From IMG/VR virus record IMGVR_UViG_3300011334_000276, positions 1 to 45,122 of that record: 45,122 nt of DNA. One strand, 5' to 3'. Position numbers and translations under genes: made by a program. The notes under the pieces are model-generated. The model was not told where the DNA came from. It worked only from the letters and a program-made list of their open reading frames with translations, and did no database searches. The DNA comes from a virus (lineage: Duplodnaviria; Caudoviricetes). Numbering within the stretch: position 1 is the stretch's first letter; every line of letters begins with the position of its first letter. This document shows, piece after piece, positions 1 to 9,624 of the stretch.

Positions 1-148
1 GAAATTTGAACGCGATGTCGCCGTACTTGTTGGACATGACATCAACAAACGGGATGTTTGGAACCAGGTCGATTGGTATGATGATGTAGGCCACCCGTGG
101 GTTCGTTTCGGTGTGCGTGATGGTCGCCACTGTCTTCTTTTTGGTCAT
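1..148 (-). CDS. hypothetical protein (partial, runs off the window start)
   Basis: ATG at 148-146 overlaps the TGA of the upstream gene (ATGA coupling); open frame MTKKKTVATITHTETNPRVAYIIIP... to position 1. Confidence 0.65.
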   Translation of the reverse strand, partial: MTKKKTVATITHTETNPRVAYIIIPIDLVPNIPFVDVMSNKYGDIAFKF

Positions 149-375
149 TTTGCCGACACCTTGACCTTGCCGATGTGCATGGTGTTCAGGATGATCTCAC
201 CCACGCTGAAGAGGCTCCCGTCTGGCTTTGTGTAAAACTCTTCAACGAGGACAAATTCAGATTCGTTCAGGATGTAATTAAACTCCTCAAGCGACCCAGA
301 CTCATGATCCCCGATGATCTGGTGAACCGAGCCACCGTTGCGGGACGGCATGTTCATGGTAATAAAAAACTTCAT
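145..375 (-). CDS. hypothetical phage protein
   Basis: MKFFITMNMPSR...; ATGA-coupled on both sides. Confidence 0.75.
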   Translation of the reverse strand: MKFFITMNMPSRNGGSVHQIIGDHESGSLEEFNYILNESEFVLVEEFYTKPDGSLFSVGEIILNTMHIGKVKVSAK

Positions 376-608
376 CCTGATTTCCTTTTTTTGTATATAC
401 GCCACACCTCGTTTTCGATGTGGGGGCGGATAAATTCTGGCAATTTTCTTAGGGCTGTCTGCCTCGCGGCCTTGTCCTTCATCGACAGGATAGACATTGC
501 CCCATCAAAAATATATTTGCTGCACACAGATCGGATCGCAGGGTCTTCGTCCTCAAGCCTCACCTTCCCCGTAAGCACACGCCTTATACGCTCACTGGGC
601 TTTAGCAT
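372..608 (-). CDS. hypothetical phage protein
   Basis: MLKPSERIRR...; fills the operon between coupled neighbours. Confidence 0.7.
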   Translation of the reverse strand: MLKPSERIRRVLTGKVRLEDEDPAIRSVCSKYIFDGAMSILSMKDKAARQTALRKLPEFIRPHIENEVWRIYKKRKSG

Positions 609-999
609 CAAGCCACTCCTCAAACGCCTGCCACGCAGCGTCAGCGCCCAGCGCGATGCAGACAAAGCACCCCACGTCCTGCGCGGCGCGCATAAAGGTA
701 ACCTGCGCGCTGCCCAGCGTTGACAGCGTGTGATCTCGGCGCTTCAACTCACAGACAAAGCTGGGTTTTGATGGTATGATGATGTCGGTCGCGCCAGTTG
801 TCATCCCCTCGCTCTTTTCCTTCGCGGCCTGAAGGTGTGTGCGCTTCCCCTCATTCCTCGGATGGACTGCAACTGCGCCGTACTTTGGATGCAGTCGGCG
901 CAGTCTGGCGAAAAAGGTTACCTGTTCGAGGGGTTCCGAGGGGCATTGCCCCCGAAAATCCGTGTCACCGTACACTTTTAGGTCGCTGGGGAACTTCAT
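592..999 (-). CDS. VRR-NUC family PD-(D/E)XK nuclease
   Basis: E..EQ..F, H..NEG, G...GATDIII, CELKR, Q..F and final G.F..IALG pattern; next to helicase. Confidence 0.85.
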   Translation of the reverse strand: MKFPSDLKVYGDTDFRGQCPSEPLEQVTFFARLRRLHPKYGAVAVHPRNEGKRTHLQAAKEKSEGMTTGATDIIIPSKPSFVCELKRRDHTLSTLGSAQVTFMRAAQDVGCFVCIALGADAAWQAFEEWLDAKAQ

Positions 1000-2767
1000 C
1001 TTCTCTCTCATTGTAGGCAAAGACGCTGTAGAAACCACTATTGGCATCTTTTGCATATGTAATAGTCTTGGGCATCGCACCACCCAAACTGTCAAACATG
1101 GCCTTCTGCACTCTGGCCTTGTGGAAAGTTGGGTCTAGCAATACCCACAGAGAGAATGACCTATAAGAGGTGACCACGTCAACCCTGAGAGTGGCCTTTC
1201 CAGAGTTTGAGATGTGGTTTCTCACTCCCCACTCCAGAACCACGTCCGTCTGGCGGCGTGTCGGATCGCGTTTCATCTCCTTAAAGCTGATGATCAGCTT
1301 GTCGTTGGGGTCAACTATTTCAGCCTTGCACTTGATGCAGTATCGGGCGGCGATGTCGTTTTCAGCGTCACATTCCTTGCATGTCTTGAACGTCCATCGG
1401 TGGCTGCACTGAACCTCGTCCCCCGCCACATTGACAGTCCCACGGCAACGGCGGCCATAGTGCGCTGGCCTCGGCCCCCACCCCGTCTGGACGGGAATAC
1501 CATCAAGGTCGAGGAAGTGGCCATGCTCGTCAATCTCGTAACCCTCCACATTCGGGCGAGCGGCAAACGTGTTCTCCGCATCGCACAGCGGGCAGATCGC
1601 CATTAACCCTGACACTTCACCATCCGAAATCTTCACCTTGATCTTGGGATTGAAGATGTCACCGTCTGGGCAGTGGCGCTCTAAGTTCTGCGCGTAATCC
1701 ATGATCAGGCAGTCAGTCTTGCCCTCTGAGATTCGCAAGCCCCTGCCGATGATCTGCTGGAGAAGGCCCACGCTCTCAGTGGCGCGCATGAGGGCAATGA
1801 CATCAACGTGCGGCGCATCAAACCCCGTGGTAAGCACTGACACGTTCACCAGATACTTGATCTTGCGATCCTTGAACGCCCTGATGATCTTGTCACGTTC
1901 TGGCTTGGGGGTTTCGCCAGTCACGAGCGCGGATATGTGCGGCGGCAGGCTGGCCATGATTTCCTCGGCATGCTTTACCGTGGCCGCGAAAATCATCACA
2001 CCCTTCCTGTCTGCCGACCTGTAGACGATGTCGGCCACAATCTGGGATGTCTTGCGGCCATGCCCGTGGTACGCCGTATCAACATCGGAAGCGTCGAACT
2101 TGCCCGTTCTGTTCAATTCCATGCCCATGGTTTCATAGAAGTCGCCACCAATCTCTGAGATGACTGGGGCGGTCAGGTACCCCATGTCAATCAGTTCGGA
2201 TGGCAGGATGCGATGCACACAGGAAGCAAAGTAGGGTTTCTTCGTCTCGAAGTCTGACACGAGTCTTCCGTCTGGCCATGTGTTGAACACATAACCTGTG
2301 TTCATGCGGTACGGGGTTGCAGTCAAGCCGATGACGCGCAAATTCTCATTAGAGGCCTTCATCGTCTCAATGATGGATTTGACGGTGGGGGTGATCCCGT
2401 GGCACTCGTCAATGATCACCGCCGCAAAGTGATTTCCAAAGCGGGAGATCGAGTTGGACACCGTCACGGGAGTACCAAACACCACGGGGTACCGCAGGCT
2501 TTTCTGGCCAGCGGACGCGCTGAATATGGATGCCTTCGCGCCTGTGAGTTTGTACTTTTCAGAGTTCTGCATCACCAATTCGGCTGACGGGGCCAAGCAC
2601 AGGATATGCTTGCCCCCAGACATCTTGTTGATCGACTCGGCCACGGCGGCGATGATGTGGCTCTTACCTGCCCCTGTGGCCGCCTCAATGCAGCACGGGG
2701 AGCGGCTTTTCCTGACCCAGTTCATGATGGCATCGTGTGAGTCCTGCTGATAGGGTCTGAGCGTCAT
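965..2767 (-). CDS. SF2 DExH helicase, RadD/YejH-like, with C-terminal Cys clusters
   Basis: ATGAGKS (motif I), DECH (II), TAT (III), LTTGFDAP (V), QIIGRGLR (VI); CPLC, CKEC, CIKC. Confidence 0.92.
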   Translation of the reverse strand: MTLRPYQQDSHDAIMNWVRKSRSPCCIEAATGAGKSHIIAAVAESINKMSGGKHILCLAPSAELVMQNSEKYKLTGAKASIFSASAGQKSLRYPVVFGTPVTVSNSISRFGNHFAAVIIDECHGITPTVKSIIETMKASNENLRVIGLTATPYRMNTGYVFNTWPDGRLVSDFETKKPYFASCVHRILPSELIDMGYLTAPVISEIGGDFYETMGMELNRTGKFDASDVDTAYHGHGRKTSQIVADIVYRSADRKGVMIFAATVKHAEEIMASLPPHISALVTGETPKPERDKIIRAFKDRKIKYLVNVSVLTTGFDAPHVDVIALMRATESVGLLQQIIGRGLRISEGKTDCLIMDYAQNLERHCPDGDIFNPKIKVKISDGEVSGLMAICPLCDAENTFAARPNVEGYEIDEHGHFLDLDGIPVQTGWGPRPAHYGRRCRGTVNVAGDEVQCSHRWTFKTCKECDAENDIAARYCIKCKAEIVDPNDKLIISFKEMKRDPTRRQTDVVLEWGVRNHISNSGKATLRVDVVTSYRSFSLWVLLDPTFHKARVQKAMFDSLGGAMPKTITYAKDANSGFYSVFAYNEREDEVPQRPKSVR

Positions 2768-3177
2768 TTTTCTATAACCTCGAAGTCGTCATCTAATTTG
2801 AAATCCAGCAGAAAACGGTATGCCTTCCTGCACTTATCAATATCGAAGAGCGCAACGTGTGTTTCGCTGCGCTTCAATTTCATGTGGGTAGAAAGGGCAG
2901 CGTAAACCTCTCCACGGGCGGCGGCGTACCCAGCTTTTTTCCAGATTTGGTCAAGGATCGAGTGAACCATCTTCCTCGCCCCCCGCGTTGCAGGCCCGCA
3001 GGGCTGGCCCAGCGGGACAGATGTTTCCTGATGGCACCCGCAGTAAGAGCTTGGGCATTTTGGGCATTTGTAGAAATTCTTTTTTCTAAGATCAGACCTC
3101 CGTGGGTATATTTCAGCCCCAGTTGTAAGAACGGCCCTCGCGCCGCACTCCATACACTTCGGTGCCGCGCCTGTCAT
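2764..3177 (-). CDS. zinc-finger protein (DUF3268-like)
   Basis: CMECG...YKCPKC..YCGCH...PLG.P....R.AR...H...D.IW. Confidence 0.7.
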   Translation of the reverse strand: MTGAAPKCMECGARAVLTTGAEIYPRRSDLRKKNFYKCPKCPSSYCGCHQETSVPLGQPCGPATRGARKMVHSILDQIWKKAGYAAARGEVYAALSTHMKLKRSETHVALFDIDKCRKAYRFLLDFKLDDDFEVIEK

Positions 3178-4037
3178 TTTAGTGTCCAGTACGATGAAGG
3201 CTTGCCGCGCCACGGCTCAAGGTTGGCATTTGGGGCCAGTTCCTTGATTGCATTGGCATACGAAATCGATCCATCCCTCCTGATGTTGGTCAGTTTCTTG
3301 CCACCAAAAATGGCATTCTCCCCGCCGCACATCTCAACGATGCTCTCCAGAAGCTCGGCCTTGCGCTCTTCAGCTTGGGCGATAGCGTCCTTGAGGTCGT
3401 CGTATTCGGCCACCATTTGCAGCGCCCGTGGCGTGTCGATCACCTTCACTTTGTCGCCCAGAGGCTCCTCGCAGATCGCAAGAAACTCCTCATAGAATGC
3501 CTCAAGCTTGGGAAGGTTTTCTTTGATCCAAGACTTGCTGAAGGCAACCCTATCAGTGCGAGAATCTTTTGGTGTCCACTGATAAAAGAAACACCACTTA
3601 CGTCCAGTGACAAACATCTGAATTTGCATCTGCGCGTGATAGTGTGGCTGCTCTTCTACGGTCTTAAACTGAACTGGTTTCTCCTCATTCCTCAAGCCAA
3701 AAGGGCATTTCACCTCAAAAAGACCGCCATCCGAGGGGAGTCCATCAGGGCTTGCTCCGAGCCACGGGATGTCTGGGTGAACCACAAAGGTGGCAGGTTC
3801 AATGTAAAGTCCTGTTTCGTAATGAAACGCCTCGCGCGCCTCGTCTTCGTGGGTCACGCCCCACTGGGTGGCAATGTTGCCCACAAATTCGCTGGGAAGC
3901 CCCTGATAGGAGCGCACCATGCGGCGCATGGCCTCCTCGCGGGTGCAGTTGGGGTCAAGGCCGAGGATCGCCCCAACCATTGACGCTGTGACGCGACCCT
4001 TGCGGGCCTCGAACCACTCTTTCGATCTCTGTTCCAT
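3174..4037 (-). CDS. YqaJ-like / lambda-type exonuclease
   Basis: QRSKEWFEAR.GRVTAS, WG..HE..A, LGASPDG, EVKCP, Y.AQMQ.QM. Confidence 0.92.
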   Translation of the reverse strand: MEQRSKEWFEARKGRVTASMVGAILGLDPNCTREEAMRRMVRSYQGLPSEFVGNIATQWGVTHEDEAREAFHYETGLYIEPATFVVHPDIPWLGASPDGLPSDGGLFEVKCPFGLRNEEKPVQFKTVEEQPHYHAQMQIQMFVTGRKWCFFYQWTPKDSRTDRVAFSKSWIKENLPKLEAFYEEFLAICEEPLGDKVKVIDTPRALQMVAEYDDLKDAIAQAEERKAELLESIVEMCGGENAIFGGKKLTNIRRDGSISYANAIKELAPNANLEPWRGKPSSYWTLK

Positions 4038-4047
4038 ATATAATCCA

Positions 4048-4085
4048 TAAAAAAATAGGGTGTGGGGATGCCCGAAGGCACCCCC
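4048..4085 (-). terminator. intrinsic terminator after SSB gene
   Basis: minus strand GGGGGTGCC-TTCG-GGCATCCCC followed shortly by a T run. Confidence 0.6.
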
Positions 4086-4095
4086 GTCCGTTCAA

Positions 4096-4698
4096 TTAAA
4101 ACGGGATTTCGTCATCCAGCTTGCCTGCGGAGCCGCGCTTTTCAGCCGCCTTCGCCTGAGAGGACTGCATCTTGGCCAGTTCTTCCGAACTGGTGCGCTC
4201 GGTGGTTTTTGGCGCTACCGCGCCAACCCAGTTGCCTTCAATCACATCGCCAGTGTTGCGGTCACGCTGCGACCAGACCATGGTCTTAATGACCATCGGC
4301 TTCATCGTCAGGGCTGACGTTAGGTCGATGTCGGTTGGCATTGCACCCTTTGCCGCCAGCTTACCGCCAGCGTTGGAATCAATGGCCATGAGCATGCGCT
4401 TTGCCTTGTCGCGCTTTGCGATAGCCTTGTCTTGGCCTTTTTTCAGCACGGCTGGGTCAAAGTCATCAACCCACAGTTTCTGAAAGACCTTGCGGTTTGC
4501 CAATTCCTCTGGCTGCAACACAGTCCAGCGGATGCTGATGTACTTGTCGCCATCGTCGTTTCGATCCCACTTGGCTTCATCAATTGCCGCAAGAACCTGC
4601 GTCCCCTCTGGGATCACCTCGATCTTGCCGCCGCCAGCGTCAAAGTTGTCAGTTGCCTCGACATCATTGCCGTCTGATAGTTTCCAGAAATCGCTCAT
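4096..4698 (-). CDS. putative single-stranded DNA-binding protein (DUF669-like)
   Basis: IPEG, ISIRW.V, NRKVFQKLW; acidic DDEIPF tail; between Sak4-like ATPase and exonuclease. Confidence 0.75.
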   Translation of the reverse strand: MSDFWKLSDGNDVEATDNFDAGGGKIEVIPEGTQVLAAIDEAKWDRNDDGDKYISIRWTVLQPEELANRKVFQKLWVDDFDPAVLKKGQDKAIAKRDKAKRMLMAIDSNAGGKLAAKGAMPTDIDLTSALTMKPMVIKTMVWSQRDRNTGDVIEGNWVGAVAPKTTERTSSEELAKMQSSQAKAAEKRGSAGKLDDEIPF

Positions 4699-5498
4699 TT
4701 CACTTCATCCTTTTTTGGTTTTGTTGGTGTGGGCAGGTAGGCCGCAAACGGGTTTACGCCGACTTCAAGAGTGATCGGCTCAGTGATCCCGAAGCGGTTT
4801 TTCGAGACGTTGGCTGCCATCGCGTGGCATACCATCTGGCGGGTGCCGTCAGAGTGGGCTTTCTTCACCTCGCCATCGCCCACAACGTAGGTTTCAAGGC
4901 GAATGAAGCCGATGGCATCCACATTGTCGATGTACGGCAGCGTGGACTTCTCGTTCATCCGCATGGCATATTTGGTGTACGCATTCGCGTCTGGCGGCTC
5001 GATGCGAACCGTCTCGGCATGCGCCACGAACACCACGTTCATGCCGCGATCCATCAGCATGCCCGCAGCGTTGCGGACACGGCGGTGAAGGCTTGCGATC
5101 ATATCGCGGCCAGCGCCGTACCCACCGTGGGCCTGATTGAGGCTTTTTGGTTTTTTGGGGTCGGAATCAAGGACATGATCGGTGAAGATTGTGTCTAGAG
5201 TGGTAATAGTGTCGATCACCAGAGTCTGATAATCGTGTTCATCACGGATAAGAGCCGTCAGTTGCCCCCACAAGTCTTCAACCGACTTTATGATGGGTAG
5301 GGCTGATGGCATTTTGTCGCCAACGAAGAATTTGCCCAGCTCACCCTCTGATAGGGATCGCATTCCATCTTCAGAACGAATGAAAATTGGCTTGGGGAAC
5401 GAGGCGGCAAGGCTGGTCTTACCGAGGCCCGCATCACCGAGGATGGTGATAGCAACTGGGCGATTTTGCGGTTTTCCCGCAGTAGCAAGAATACTCAT
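4695..5498 (-). CDS. Sak4-like AAA ATPase (ssDNA annealing/recombination)
   Basis: Walker A GDAGLGKT, Walker B TLVIDT, GYGAG, VVFVAH, KNRFG. Confidence 0.85.
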   Translation of the reverse strand: MSILATAGKPQNRPVAITILGDAGLGKTSLAASFPKPIFIRSEDGMRSLSEGELGKFFVGDKMPSALPIIKSVEDLWGQLTALIRDEHDYQTLVIDTITTLDTIFTDHVLDSDPKKPKSLNQAHGGYGAGRDMIASLHRRVRNAAGMLMDRGMNVVFVAHAETVRIEPPDANAYTKYAMRMNEKSTLPYIDNVDAIGFIRLETYVVGDGEVKKAHSDGTRQMVCHAMAANVSKNRFGITEPITLEVGVNPFAAYLPTPTKPKKDEVK

Positions 5499-5527
5499 CT
5501 TTACTCCTTTTCTTCTTCTCTACGGGC

Positions 5528-5559
5528 TTGACCATATGAGCCTAATGTGGATATGTCAA
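5528..5559. promoter_or_regulatory. overlapping divergent sigma70-type promoters
   Basis: minus: TTGACA-N17-TATGGT; plus: TTGACC-N18-TATGTC; forms an imperfect palindrome. Confidence 0.6.
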
Positions 5560-5579
5560 CACACACGAAACAGACTTGA

Positions 5580-5768
5580 ATGGAAAAAAATATGGAAAGC
5601 GATGAAGATTTGCTTGATCGGGTCAAAAAAGCGTTAGTTGGCAGATACTTAACATTCGTGTCCCAACAGACTGGCCTGCACTACAACACCATCTGGAAGA
5701 TCGCCAACGGCAAGACCACACCGAGCCGAGATACACTTGATCGGCTCTCCTCGCACCTATTTGGATGA
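5580..5768 (+). CDS. Cro-like HTH transcriptional regulator
   Basis: LTFVSQQTGLHYNTIWKIANGK..PSRDTL.RL. Confidence 0.8.
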   Translation: MEKNMESDEDLLDRVKKALVGRYLTFVSQQTGLHYNTIWKIANGKTTPSRDTLDRLSSHLFG

Positions 5769-5771
5769 CAT

Positions 5772-8072
5772 ATGGAATACCGTAATTTCTGGGAGGCTGG
5801 ATACAGTGTATTCGGCCTGTATGGCCGTGGCCCCGATGGCAACTGCGAATGCGGGAACCCAAACTGCCCCGACAAGAGCCTATTTAAGCACCCACGGGTG
5901 AGCAACTGGCAGCACACGCCATGCTGGTCGGAGGAGCAGTTTGAGACGATGGAGCTTATGGGCCACTTCAAGACAGGCTGGGGCTTGGTCTTGGGTTCAA
6001 AAAACTTGCTGGGTGTTGATGTGGATGCCCGCAACGGCGGCCTTGAGGGGTATGCCGAACTGGTCAAGGATCACCCAGCCATTGCTGGCGCTGGTATGAT
6101 CATCAACACAGGCTCTGGAAACGGGTCAAAGCACTTGCTCTTCAAGGTTCCAGAGGGTGTGTCCCTCGTGTCCAAGCTCAAAAAGTACAAGGGCATCGAC
6201 TTCAAATCTGGTGCGTCCTTTATTGTCGGCGCTGGCTCCATGCATGCCAGTGGCAACCGATACGAGGTCGCGCTTGGGTCTGTTGATGACATAGATGACT
6301 GCCCAGAGAGCCTGCTGAATGAGCTTCGAGTGCCAGAGAAACACCGCGCGGACGTGAATGGCATCGACATCGACGTGTCCCACCAAGACTTGGCCGACAT
6401 GCTGGATGCCGTAAACCTCTACGACGACTACGAGGTCTGGGTGAAGATCGGCATGGCCGTACACCATGCGTCTGGCGGGTCAGCATTTGACGTGTGGGAC
6501 AGGTGGAGCCAGAAGAGTGCAAAGTACGATTCAGGCGAGATGGACAAAAAGTGGCACTCGTTTGGCCGCTCCGCAAACCCCGTCACGCTCGCCACCCTCG
6601 TACACTACGCCGAAGAGGGTGGGTGGGTCAGGCCTGTCACGTTCACGCCGACTGTCGAATTTTCGGACTCGCCCGAAGACAGCGCGCCAATCGCGGACAT
6701 CGACACCAGTAGCATCGACTTGCTGCGGCCCCCAGGTCTGGTTGGGCAGATGGCCGAGTGGATCGAGAGCAGGCCAATGCGTAAGCGGGAGAGGCTGTCA
6801 GTCATGGCTGCCATCTTTGCCCTCGGCAACATCTGCAACAGCCGATACACCGATGACATCACTCGCGTGAACTCAAACATCTTCGTGTTCAACGTGGCAG
6901 GCTCTGGCACTGGCAAGGAGGCCATTCAGGATGCGGTGAAGGAAATTCACAAGGCATGCGGCCTGTCGGTGGCCACGCACGGCTCGATCAAGTCCGAGCA
7001 GGAGATCGTCCGAAACCTCGTCCGAAACCAGCCCAGCTTCTACCTGATTGACGAGATCGGTTTCTTCCTGAACAAGGTCAAGAACGCGCAGGAGAAGGGC
7101 GGCGCGCAGTACCTTGAGGGCGTGTTCGGGACGCTGATGTCGGTGTACTCAAAGGCCAACGGCTTCTACCTGCTGAGTGGTGACATGGGTGACGAGGTGA
7201 AGGCCCTTATGCGCAAGGAGATGATCCAGCTTGAGAAGGTGCTTGAGGAGAGCGGGCCGAAGCCGTTTATCGAGCGCCGCATCAAGAGCCTGACACACCA
7301 GCTTGAGAACATTGATCAGGGCATCGAGCGGCCATTTGTGTCCATGTCTGGCTTCACCACCAACGCCAACTTTGACAAGCTGGTGACCCTTGAGACGGCC
7401 ACAAACGGCTTCATCGCGCGGGCAATCCTATGCACCGAGCGTGACACTGCGCCACCCACCAAGCAGGACTGGCAGCACCTTGAACTGCCAGAGAAAATGA
7501 AAAACACGCTTCAGCAGATAGCCAGCGGGGGCAGCTTCGACATGATGGATGGCGCAGGCTCTCGGATCGAATATTACGGCCCAAAAATCATCATCCCCAC
7601 CGCATCAGATGCCAAGAAATTGCTCAATCAGGTGGGCCTCGTGTTCGACATGATGGCGGAGCAGAACAAGTCATCGCACGGCCTTGAGGCGCTGTTTCTG
7701 CGGGGCAGGGAGCAAGTGTCGAAGGTGTCTTTCATCCTGTCGATCCCAGAGGGTCTGCGCACCGAACACCACATCCGCTGGGCCTACGCCTTGGTCAAGC
7801 GGGACATCATCGAGAAGATGCGCCTTGTGGTGTCCAACGACCGCGCTAAGGACTCCCCGATGGAAGCCCTGCGCGCAAAGATCGCCAATATCATCTCTGG
7901 GGACGAGGGCGAGACGCTGGGCGTGATCGCCAACAAGTGCAGGCCAATCAAGAAGGCTGAGGTGGAGGCGTGTCTGCAAAAGATGGTGGACGATGGTCAG
8001 GCGAGCGTCGAGGAGTCGATCCACAAATTCACGAAGAAAATGGTGAAACGGTATATTGAAAATAGACGTTGA
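5772..8072 (+). CDS. primase-polymerase / PriCT-2 / helicase fusion
   Basis: N-terminal CECG..NC Zn motif, DVDARNGG and H of Prim-Pol, YEVWVKIGMA...WDRWS...KWHSF (PriCT-2), P-loop-like GSGTGKE and IDEIG. Confidence 0.88.
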   Translation: MEYRNFWEAGYSVFGLYGRGPDGNCECGNPNCPDKSLFKHPRVSNWQHTPCWSEEQFETMELMGHFKTGWGLVLGSKNLLGVDVDARNGGLEGYAELVKDHPAIAGAGMIINTGSGNGSKHLLFKVPEGVSLVSKLKKYKGIDFKSGASFIVGAGSMHASGNRYEVALGSVDDIDDCPESLLNELRVPEKHRADVNGIDIDVSHQDLADMLDAVNLYDDYEVWVKIGMAVHHASGGSAFDVWDRWSQKSAKYDSGEMDKKWHSFGRSANPVTLATLVHYAEEGGWVRPVTFTPTVEFSDSPEDSAPIADIDTSSIDLLRPPGLVGQMAEWIESRPMRKRERLSVMAAIFALGNICNSRYTDDITRVNSNIFVFNVAGSGTGKEAIQDAVKEIHKACGLSVATHGSIKSEQEIVRNLVRNQPSFYLIDEIGFFLNKVKNAQEKGGAQYLEGVFGTLMSVYSKANGFYLLSGDMGDEVKALMRKEMIQLEKVLEESGPKPFIERRIKSLTHQLENIDQGIERPFVSMSGFTTNANFDKLVTLETATNGFIARAILCTERDTAPPTKQDWQHLELPEKMKNTLQQIASGGSFDMMDGAGSRIEYYGPKIIIPTASDAKKLLNQVGLVFDMMAEQNKSSHGLEALFLRGREQVSKVSFILSIPEGLRTEHHIRWAYALVKRDIIEKMRLVVSNDRAKDSPMEALRAKIANIISGDEGETLGVIANKCRPIKKAEVEACLQKMVDDGQASVEESIHKFTKKMVKRYIENRR

Positions 8073-8132
8073 CGGGGCAGTTGCCACAGTATAGAGGTTT
8101 CACAGAGGCACAGGGCCTCGCCAAATGGAGAT
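8057..8132 (+). promoter_or_regulatory. promoter-hairpin-RBS cassette, copy 1
   Basis: TGAAAATAG-N3-TTGACG-N17-TAGAGG; CACA GAGGC-ACAGG-GCCTC GC; TGGAGAT. Confidence 0.7.
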
Positions 8133-8136
8133 TAAA

Positions 8137-8526
8137 ATGAACGCCGCTGAAATCCACACCGCACTGAAAGCCATTGAGGCCACCATCTCTGAAAAGGGGT
8201 ATTACGCTCCGTGCGTTTCCTTCAAGGTAAACTGGTTGGTCTACGACCTGACCATAGACCTTGAGTACAGGTCATCGTCGTGGGCAAATACCAAGTCGGA
8301 ATTTATCCATGCAGGCATTGAGGATGGTATTGAGGGCATTATCGCCAAGGCCGTAAAGCATGTCTCTGAAATTGCATCCATTGAGGAGCAGAAGAAAAAA
8401 GACTTCATCGCCGCGATGGGCCGACTGATCGACCAAGGCCGCGAGATCGGCATGGAGGTCGAGTACATGAACCCGCTCACAGAAATGATGGGCAAGCTCT
8501 CCACCAACATCATCACCAAGGAGTAA
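8137..8526 (+). CDS. hypothetical protein
   Basis: strong GGAGA RBS; 129 aa. Confidence 0.8.
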   Translation: MNAAEIHTALKAIEATISEKGYYAPCVSFKVNWLVYDLTIDLEYRSSSWANTKSEFIHAGIEDGIEGIIAKAVKHVSEIASIEEQKKKDFIAAMGRLIDQGREIGMEVEYMNPLTEMMGKLSTNIITKE

Positions 8527-8532
8527 TTGAAG

Positions 8533-8682
8533 ATGGAAAAGTTTATGGAACTCGTAAAGGCGGCCCTTCAGGGGGCCGCATCAAACACAAACCTGACCCC
8601 AGAGGAGTTGGCTAGTCGGGCCATCGCCATTGCCTTGGAGGTCGGCAATCAGATGGCTGATTACGAAAATGAAGCCGAGTGA
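8533..8682 (+). CDS. small hypothetical protein (49 aa, not in ORF track)
   Basis: AAGGAG RBS; MEKFMELVKAALQGAASNTNLTPEELASRAIAIALEVGNQMADYENEAE. Confidence 0.65.
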   Translation: MEKFMELVKAALQGAASNTNLTPEELASRAIAIALEVGNQMADYENEAE

Positions 8683-8875
8683 TGTGCGCGCTGCGCGGGA
8701 GGCTCTGGGCCTCACGCTGTCAGAATTTGGTAAAATGCTCGACACGGACAAAAGCACAACGCGCAAGATGGAGTTGCTGGAAAGCAGTTCACAGTATCGA
8801 ACACCAGCGCCCAGAATGATCAGGTTGATCGTTGCATACCTGAACGGATACAGGCCAAGCGACTGGCCAAAGTGA
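8669..8875 (+). CDS. XRE-family HTH protein
   Basis: VRAAREALGLTLSEFGKMLDT..STTRKME. Confidence 0.8.
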   Translation: MKPSDVRAAREALGLTLSEFGKMLDTDKSTTRKMELLESSSQYRTPAPRMIRLIVAYLNGYRPSDWPK

Positions 8876-8877
8876 AG

Positions 8878-8902
8878 AAAGGGGGCTTGCGCCCCCTTTT
8901 TT
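8878..8902. terminator. bidirectional intrinsic terminator
   Basis: AAAGGGGGC-TTGC-GCCCCCTTTTT between convergent genes. Confidence 0.85.
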
Positions 8903-8904
8903 AT

Positions 8905-9123
8905 TTACCCCCAGCCATGGCTGTTGTCACGCCCGTAACCTTCAAGTTCCTGCTCCATCCGTATCCCCTCTTTGATCTTCAGGACGGTCGGCAGGTGGTG
9001 CTTGGTGATGCGGGAGATGATCTCCAACTCCTCTGGGGTTACCCACCAACGGGGCAGGGGGACGTAACCCATTTCGCGCAACTTTTTCCCCACGGGGCTG
9101 AATGGCTTGTGGTCAGCGGTCAT
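8905..9123 (-). CDS. hypothetical protein
   Basis: GGGAG RBS; MTADHKPFSP...GYVPLPRWWV. Confidence 0.7.
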   Translation of the reverse strand: MTADHKPFSPVGKKLREMGYVPLPRWWVTPEELEIISRITKHHLPTVLKIKEGIRMEQELEGYGRDNSHGWG

Positions 9124-9307
9124 TTTCTTTCTCCCACGGCGCGCGCGCAAGCGTGACAGGCACCGTGCGCAGTTCTAGGGTATGCGTGGACATCACTGGC
9201 ACGTTGACCGTCCTGCGCGGCCCGCTGATGGCCCCCCTGATGGCATACATGCTGGCCTTGTCGCTCGCCACCTTGCCCTCTGGCATCTTTTGCTTACTGA
9301 CCCTCAT
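9113..9307 (-). CDS. hypothetical protein
   Basis: GAGGAG RBS; overlaps both neighbours. Confidence 0.6.
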   Translation of the reverse strand: MRVSKQKMPEGKVASDKASMYAIRGAISGPRRTVNVPVMSTHTLELRTVPVTLARAPWEKENDR

Positions 9308-9578
9308 TTTGCATCTCCTCATTGTAAGCGTCATTTAGAATGGCGACGACCATTTCCTGCATGGTGGAACCGTCTGGAGTTTGGGATTTCAGCCACTTCC
9401 TGATGCGCGGCGGGACAAAGCCCAATTGCTCGAACTCCACGTTTATGCCCAGACTTCGGGCGTACTTTATGCTGTTGTGGACACTGTGTAAATTTACCCC
9501 AAGGTGTTCCGCGATGGCCTTGCGGGGATACCCCTGACGAACCATATCCACCACGATCTGATATTTTGTTTTTTTCAT
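9294..9578 (-). CDS. HTH DNA-binding protein
   Basis: GYPRKAIAEHLGVNLHSVHNSI. Confidence 0.75.
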   Translation of the reverse strand: MKKTKYQIVVDMVRQGYPRKAIAEHLGVNLHSVHNSIKYARSLGINVEFEQLGFVPPRIRKWLKSQTPDGSTMQEMVVAILNDAYNEEMQNEGQ

Positions 9579-9624
9579 AATAAATCCTTTGCTGGTGACC
9601 CCGCACATGGCGGGGCCAGACAGT

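Noticed and set aside
8533-8875. Toxin-antitoxin pair (49-aa ORF plus XRE HTH)
   Set aside because: The upstream peptide shows no recognisable toxin motif; only the gene geometry fits.
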